DNA of 63,797 nucleotides, filler included, from Conidiobolus incongruus B7586 (lineage: Eukaryota), in the NCBI GenBank assembly GCA_000697335.1. It is 10 parts of 10 records of this genome, joined end to end, with 100 filler letters (N's around TTAATTAATTAA, not from the genome) between each part and the next. Parts side by side here need not be neighbours in the genome. Positions count along the whole stretch, not along the records: positions 54,209 to 62,116 come from JNEM01006751.1; positions 62,217 to 63,797 come from JNEM01006762.1; 8 more parts are not named here. One strand, written 5' to 3'. The translations under genes and the position numbers were made by a program. Positions 56,631 through 63,797 of the stretch are shown piece after piece. The number at the start of each line of letters is the position of its first letter. Positions within the stretch are counted from its first letter, which is position 1. The notes beneath the pieces are model-generated. The model made no database searches. It saw only the letters and a program-made list of their open reading frames with translations, and was not told the DNA's origin.

Positions 56631-57099
56631 GGTTAAAATAACCTCTTCATTTAAATAGACTTCTTTTTTCATTAACTAAAATGAAATGTGTAACTGTACT
56701 AATATTTAATTGAACCAATTAAAATCTTTTATAAATTACTCTACGTCATTCGAATAAGATATTTTTAGAATAGTGAAATTAACTAAGGAGTTAGGTAATT
56801 ATAAAAAGGACAATGATGAATGTAAAACGTTATTTCTTCTCATTTTATGAACTTCCCTTCGTTTTTTTACAATTGCTGATACAAACTGTGACAATGCATG
56901 CATCGCTATACCAAAACTAAATCATCTCGTATATCTTAACAGGTAAAATATAATACTATGTTACTTTAATTATTTTATAAATTTTTGCTATTGATATTAA
57001 ATATTTCAAATTTCAATCCACAACATTATTTACTTATGGCTATTTGCTAATTTCACATATTGTAATTTGTTTTATATATATTTTGATTTATATTATTGA

Positions 57100-57861
57100 A
57101 GTGTGTTTAGAGCTTTAATTAACTTGATGATTTAGATAGAATCAAGCGATATGCATTTGTAACTATAATCGAAATAACTCTATCAACCAATTGAGGTAAG
57201 ATTGGACTAGATTTTATTACACTTTTTTCCCGAATATATTCTCTCTTGTTTATCAAAACATTAATACATTTTTCTTTTTAGAAAATTTTATGAATATACA
57301 TGCTCTGAATGTATAATCTCGGTCACTGTTATTCGCAACTCTTCACTTACGGAAACAACTGATTCAGTTACTTTCTTGAGAGCGTTTTGAAGAATGACTT
57401 GTGCTCATGTTCTTTAAAGTGTACTGATAGTTTCTGGATTCAATTTCGACTCCTGTCACGTAACCTCTTAGTTGAGCTTATTGTGATAGGCATCCTTTAA
57501 GGAATTTATCAGATTTATTTCTTACTCAGATTCCAAAAGACATAAATATGATCTCTTTGAGATTGTATGCTTTATCAATGTTATTCACAACCCGTAGCCC
57601 ATTGGCGACAATTGATTATATCAATTGGTTTGGAGTGATTTGAAGGGTGAATCACTTGGGCTCCTCAGGATTAATGTTGGAGTTGTGAACACAAATAAAG
57701 TCAAAATGTACTGATGGAATCTGGGGAATCTGAAATCTGGAACCTGGAACATAATTTGACATCTGGAACCTGGAACAGAATTTGGCATCTGGAGCCTTGG
57801 CACTTGTTCTATATACTTCTACCCTAATAAAATTCTTCAACGCATCCACATCCATATCCAT
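57100..57861 (-). pseudogene. Decayed coding sequence of unknown family containing a 26-bp tandem repeat
   Basis: ATG at 57861 in an A-rich context; protein-like frames such as AQVILQNALKKVTESVVSVSEELRITVTEIIHSE broken by several stops and frameshifts. Confidence 0.35.
57714..57803 (+). repeat. Tandem repeat ATCTGGAACCTGGAACAnAATTTGnC x~2.6 built on 7-bp A(T/C)CTGGA units
   Basis: atctggaacctggaacataatttgac / atctggaacctggaacagaatttggc / atctggagccttggcac, preceded by further atctg units. Confidence 0.85.
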
Positions 57862-59944
57862 ATTTTTTTTCTATTATTTTTATGAAATTAAATATACTTA
57901 TTGAGTCAAAATTATTGAAACAAACTCTATATTATTTAATGGTATTTATAATACTAATTATCAATTCATTTCAATTGTATTAATTCATTATACTATCATC
58001 TTATTAGAATATTAGTATTATTTTTGGTTATTTGAATACTTTAATAACTAACATTTAATCCCATAAATATATATGATCATAATATTCGATGAAATGAAAA
58101 TTATAAATTAAAAATAAATATATATTTCTATTAAAATATTATAATAGTTTAATAAATAATACAACAATAATGATTAAATTAGTGAAATTGTTATTATTGA
58201 ATGATATAAAAAATTTATAATCATAAAGTATTAATATTAGTTAATGATAAGTTAGACATTGGTTAGTGCTTATATTATTAAGTCATTCTAGTGTATAAAT
58301 CGGTTTCAAATCCAATGAACTCTTACCACTAAATAGTTGTTCAAATATCCTTTGTAAATAGTAATCAATGTTTTGTGCATTTTGGAGAATGCTGGTGACT
58401 TGTGTGAGATCTTATACTAAATGCTTCTAGAAATCGTGTAATTTTGTAAGAAATATTATTAAAACACCTGAGAAAGAAAAGAATCTTTATGTTATTTATA
58501 ATGAACTAATTCTATTATGATTTATACCTGATTGAATAATGTTAACATATTTATTAAAAACTGTTCAAGTATATAAATTTAAAATTAATTAAAATTATTC
58601 ATTAAAATTAATTACTAATAGAATTTTTAATCATATATTATTACTCAAGGAGAAAAATGTATACTATTATAATAAGTACCCTTAAATATTTTAAAATTTA
58701 TTTTAAAAGCTCAGGGCTTTTATAGAATATATAGAAATTATTATGAATTATCTTGTAACATATCTAATTATATACTTAATTTATTATTTAGCGAGAATGA
58801 TCTCTATATATTACTAGGTCAAATTCATTAATGTTTCATAGATATAAATTTTAAATTTATTTCTTTAAATATTCTTAAGGATAAATTAATTGTTAATAAA
58901 TTTTGACTTAAAATTCTAAAAGTTATAGTTATGTTTAATTGGATCTTAAACTTAAGGACAAAGTTAATATTAAAAATTTATATAATATATATATATATAT
59001 ATATAATTAAATTATAAATGATAAATTTTAAATTATTATATAGTTAATTATTATATTAAAAGAACTTTATTTAAATAATAATGAATTTTTTGATATCAAA
59101 TATATTAATTCTAATTATAAATATAATTAATATTAGTTCTTTATATATAATTTTTAATAATTTTTTATTTAAAGATATTTATATTCTTATTATAAAAAAC
59201 ATTTATATTTTAAATATATATTATTTAATTCTAATAATCTATTAATCTAATTTTAATAAAAATTTGATTAAAAATATTAAATTTTAATATTTAAGAATTT
59301 AAGGATTTAATATATTGAAATAAAGATTTAAGATAAAATAAAGAAATTATTATATTATATATAATTTTTATTTAAGGAAATTTAAAATATTATAAAAATA
59401 TATTATAACAAAAATATAAATTTAAATAAAATTATAAATTATTAATTAATTGAATTTATTTATTTAATATTATTAAAAAATTAATTTAATATTTTTTAAT
59501 TAATATTAAACTTATATTAATTATATTATTCAAATATTTTATTAAATTATTTTATAAATCAAATAATGGAAAAAATTATTAAAATAAATATATTATTATA
59601 TAATTTATAAAACTAATATAAAAATCTTATTTTTTTTATAGTTTATAATTTGTTATTATTTATCAAGTTAGTTTCTAATATATAAAAAATTAATTTTTAT
59701 TAAAACCTTATATTATTAATTTTATAAATTAATATAATATTTATTTATATAAATCTTTTATAAGCATAGTTTCTAAAAAACCCAAATTATTTATAATTTT
59801 ATATATTATAATTTGGTAAATATATTATATTTAATGGATTTTAAAAGTTTTATATAAAAAATCTTTAATAATTTTAGTTTCATATATAAAATATTTATTA
59901 ATCAAAATAATAAATAGTCTTGATTCTTTATAAATATAATAAAT

Positions 59945-61195
59945 AAATATTACTTTATAATTTATATAATGGCAATTTTTTGTAATTAGAAAAAAATTTA
60001 TATTTTAATATATAAAATTAATAATTTTCTTTATTTCTAAAAACTTTATATTATATTTTAAATAAAGTTCTAATATCTAAAGAATAGTTCTTTTTATTAA
60101 AAACCAAATTTTAATATTTTACAAACTAATTAAATTTTTTGATAAAAAATTTTTTTATTATAAGTTGATTATTGAATTATCTAAAATAATTATAATTATA
60201 TAAGTTATAATCTAAGGTATAAACTGGATATGGTAGTTTTTTCTAGTTATTCTTGATTAAAAAGTTTTTATAATTTTAATTTTATAAATTTTGTAACTAT
60301 TATTCAAAATAATTAGTTTTTATAAATTTTATTAAAAATATCAATTAAAAAAATTTTATTTAAAAAAATAATATAAAATTAATTATTAATTAAATTTTTA
60401 TTTAGGAATTAAATAAAAACAGCATATGCTATTATAATCCATTATAATAATCAACATTTGCTTTTTAATATAGTATTTATTTAAAGGAATTTATAAAAGG
60501 GTTTAATTTAGCTTAATTTTATATCTTGATTTATATTTTAATAAAAAATTATATAAAAGGATCTAGATTTCATCAATTATATTAATTGGTTTTAATAACC
60601 TTGGTTTCTAGGTATATATTAGTAAATATTATTTAACAATAACTATTTTAATTTTTTTCAAGCTTTATTTAAATTATAAAATATGTATTTTAAACTTTAA
60701 TTAATCAATTTAAATTTAAACTTCAATATATATAAAATAATAATATAATTAATATTAAAATATCTTGAAAATTCTTCAACTAAAATAAAAATATAACAGT
60801 TAAAATTAGGTTTCTAAATTTTAGCAAGTTTTAAATAGTTTTCTTTTAGCTTTAAAATAATTTACCTAATAGTTAATTATAAATTAAGATAATATTTTAT
60901 TAATAAAAATTATTTATAAATTTTAAATAATTTTAAAAGATATATAATTTAATTTTATTAATACTAAAATAAATAACTTTTGATAATTAGTATTTGATTT
61001 AATTATAATTAAATTAAATAACTAATTTTAAAAAAATTATTTTTATAATCAAAAAATATAATATATAAATATATATAATTCAAAGCTATTCATTATCCTA
61101 TTTATTTTATATATATTCTTTTATTTAATATTAATAATAAGTTTCAAAAATCTGAAATTAAAAAATTTACCATTTTTTTAACTCAATAATCATAA
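59945..61195 (-). mobile_element. Second mariner (DD34D) element, related subfamily, more degenerate
   Basis: Minus-strand KKLPYPVYTLDYNLYNYNYFR*F..QL and DIRTLFKI*YKVFRNKRNY* parallel the 16-kb element. The right flank (tctgaaattaaaaaatttaccattt) resembles 17293-17317. Ends are approximate. Confidence 0.75.
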
Positions 61196-62230
61196 TAAAA
61201 TAATATTATATTTATTATTAATTAATTTAAATATAAAAATATAATAGGTAATTAATTTTTGATTTAAAAAACTAATTTATCAAATGGAATATATAATAAA
61301 AAATTTTTTATTTTATTTAATATTTTTTGAATATATTATAAATTAAAATATTTTAAATTTAATAATTATAGTTATTTATTATAATAATCTTTGCTTTTAA
61401 GTATTTTTGAATATATTTAATTTAATGACGTATATTTTATTTATTTTTTCAGCTTAAGATAAATTATAAGGTTTTTAATATTTTTTTGAATTGAATTAAA
61501 ATTAATAATTAAAAATATTAATTATAATTTATATTTAATATTAAATTATATTATGTAATATTTTAACTTATTTTAAATAAAATTTCATTAATTTAATATT
61601 TTTATTTTTTTATTCTTTATAAAAAAAGTTATAAATTTTCTATATTTTGATCTTTAATTATTGAAAAAATTTAATTTAATTAAATCTATTTTTTATTTTA
61701 ATTTAAATAAAATTAAAATTTAATTTTGAATAAAATATTATTTAATTATAAATAAAACTTAAAATAAACTTTTTAATATTATTTAAAATTTATAAATAAT
61801 TTTTATAATAAGTTATTATCAAATTATATTTTATAATTGTGAATAAATTATTATACATTAAAATTAAAATTAATTTTAAATTTTATTAATTTAAAATTAA
61901 AAAATTAATCAAAATTTTCAAAAATACCCTTTTATTTTAGTTAAATAATAATCAAAAAATATTAATATTAAATATATATATAATAAATTATTAATTTAAA
62001 ATAAAAATATATTTAATAAATATTATATATTATAATTAAAACTTAAAAAATTAATATTAAATAAATCCTATTAATTTTTAATTATAAATAAAATATTTAA
62101 TAATAAATTATTTTAANNNNNNNNNNNNNNNNNNNNNNNNNNNNNNNNNNNNNNNNNNNNTTAATTAATTAANNNNNNNNNNNNNNNNNNNNNNNNNNNN
62201 NNNNNNNNNNNNNNNNTTAATATATATATA

Positions 62231-63797
62231 TACTAACCTGTAAAAATAAGTCATAAAATCAAAAATATATATATTTTAATTAATAACAAAAACAATTATA
62301 TATATTAGATTACTTGAAACTATAATATATAATTAACATATATTATTTACTAATAAATAAATATATTTAGATATATTTAGTAAACTATTAGTAAAAATAT
62401 TAACCTTTAATATTTAACCAAGGTAAGTTATAAATTTGTGGGTTTTTGAGATAAAGGGATATATTTAACAATATATAACTATATCTTTTTTCTCTCTTTG
62501 TTATTATTTTATATAATATTTTACAGATATACTAAATTTTTTTTATTAGTATTATTATACATAAATCCCTCTTTAAAAAAATCCATTTGTATATTAATTA
62601 ACTTTATAAAGAAAGTAAATCAACTTGTGATATTGTTAGAATTACTAGTGTTAGCTAGTTTACTATAGCTAAAGCTATTAAGAATAGCAATAAAGAAATA
62701 TTTAAACTTAAACTTAAGTGTGTTAAAATCATAGATAAATATGATAAGAAGTATATCTATAGGTTAGTTAGTATAGGTAAATGTGGTACTATTGTAGAAA
62801 TATAGCAGGAATTATAAAACTATATAAGAATATTAGTTAGCACTAATATTATTATATGTGTTTTATATTAGCATAGATACTACTTACACTATAAGAAAAA
62901 ATGCCCCTAACTAAAGAAATCTTATTGTAAAGCTAGGTAAGAGTTTAAATATTGCTATTAATGTTAAACTAAAACTAATTAGAATAAGGTTATTTAGTAT
63001 AATAAAACAAAAATATATTTTAGTAGATTTGATAAAAAAGCTAGATACTTTAAAAAAGATACAGAACTATTTTGTAACTATTATGTTAATTCTACCCAAA
63101 AGTATAATAGTGGGTTAATTATTATTTAGGGATGTATGTTGTCTTTAAGTGTAAAATATCTTTGTAAAGTAAATAGGGGAATTAACACTGAGATGTACTA
63201 AAGTATTCTAAACAATAAATTGAAAAAAACCATTAAATAGTATAAGTTAAACAAATCTAATGTTATTTTCCAGCAAGATAATACCTTTTGCTATACTATA
63301 GCTTCTATTACCAAATAGCTTAAAAATAACAAAATAACAGTTATAAAGTAGCTTCTTCAATCTTTTAACTTTAATCTAATTAAACACTTTTAGGATTAGT
63401 TAAAAAAAGCTATTAAAGTTTTCCCCCTAGTAAAAAATTTAAATCAACTTTAAGAATATATTTAAGTAGTATAGAATAAAATTAACCTTTCCTAGTGTAA
63501 GAAGTTAATTGATTTTATACCACACAAACTTAAAAAAGTTAGAAAAGCTAAAAATAGATAAACAAGGTTTTAATTTTTTTTATCACCAAAAACCCACAAA
63601 TTTATAACTCACCTTAGGTAAAATTTAAAAGTTTATATATTAGCCAATTAATAGTTAAATATCATCATTTAATGATATATATAACTAATAAATATAATAG
63701 ACTTTAATTATTTAATTTAAGTTTATTTGATTAAATTTTAATCTAGTTATTAGTAAAAATATAAGTGTTTTTGATTTTATAACTCACTTTTGCAAAT
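62231..63797 (+). mobile_element. Tc1-like copy, near full length, right TIR cut by window end
   Basis: TA|tactaacctgtaaaaataagtcataaaatc TIR, both inner repeats and the whole transposase relic; colinear with the reverse complement of 51495-53067. Confidence 0.95.

Overview
Very AT-rich eukaryotic DNA from a fungus. Short (~50 nt) GT-AG introns, a Zn2Cys6 factor, QCR10 and nuclear RSM19 occur alongside animal-like genes (FAM72, EDC4, GPR89). This suggests an early-diverging, zygomycete-grade and possibly entomophthoralean lineage; that placement is inference. Ten intact protein genes were reconstructed: RPS0, EDC4/Pdc1-like, R3H-SUZ, RPL13, Zn2Cys6 TF, FAM72, RSM19, cytochrome b5-like MAPR, TAF5 and QCR10. 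There is also one tRNA-Leu(CAA), a GPR89 pseudogene and nine 100-bp scaffold gaps. Between the gene islands lie at least eight copies or fragments of a Tc1 (DD34E) transposon, two mariner (DD34D) elements and Ty3/gypsy remnants. Nearly all of these are riddled with C->T/G->A transitions (CpG erased first, then CpA and other contexts), to a degree that tracks insertion age, while neighbouring genes keep their CpGs. This looks like RIP-like repeat-targeted cytosine hypermutation outside the lineages where RIP is established. An intact 5-exon FAM72 gene, missed by the ORF track, sits among the mutated repeats; its mammalian homolog destroys UNG2 so that uracils become fixed as mutations. Also notable are an unexplained structured, CpG-rich island at ~36.9-37.5 kb in a putative non-coding transcription unit, TOP/TCT-like starts on both cytosolic r-protein genes, and a recurrent ATGGGAT promoter motif.
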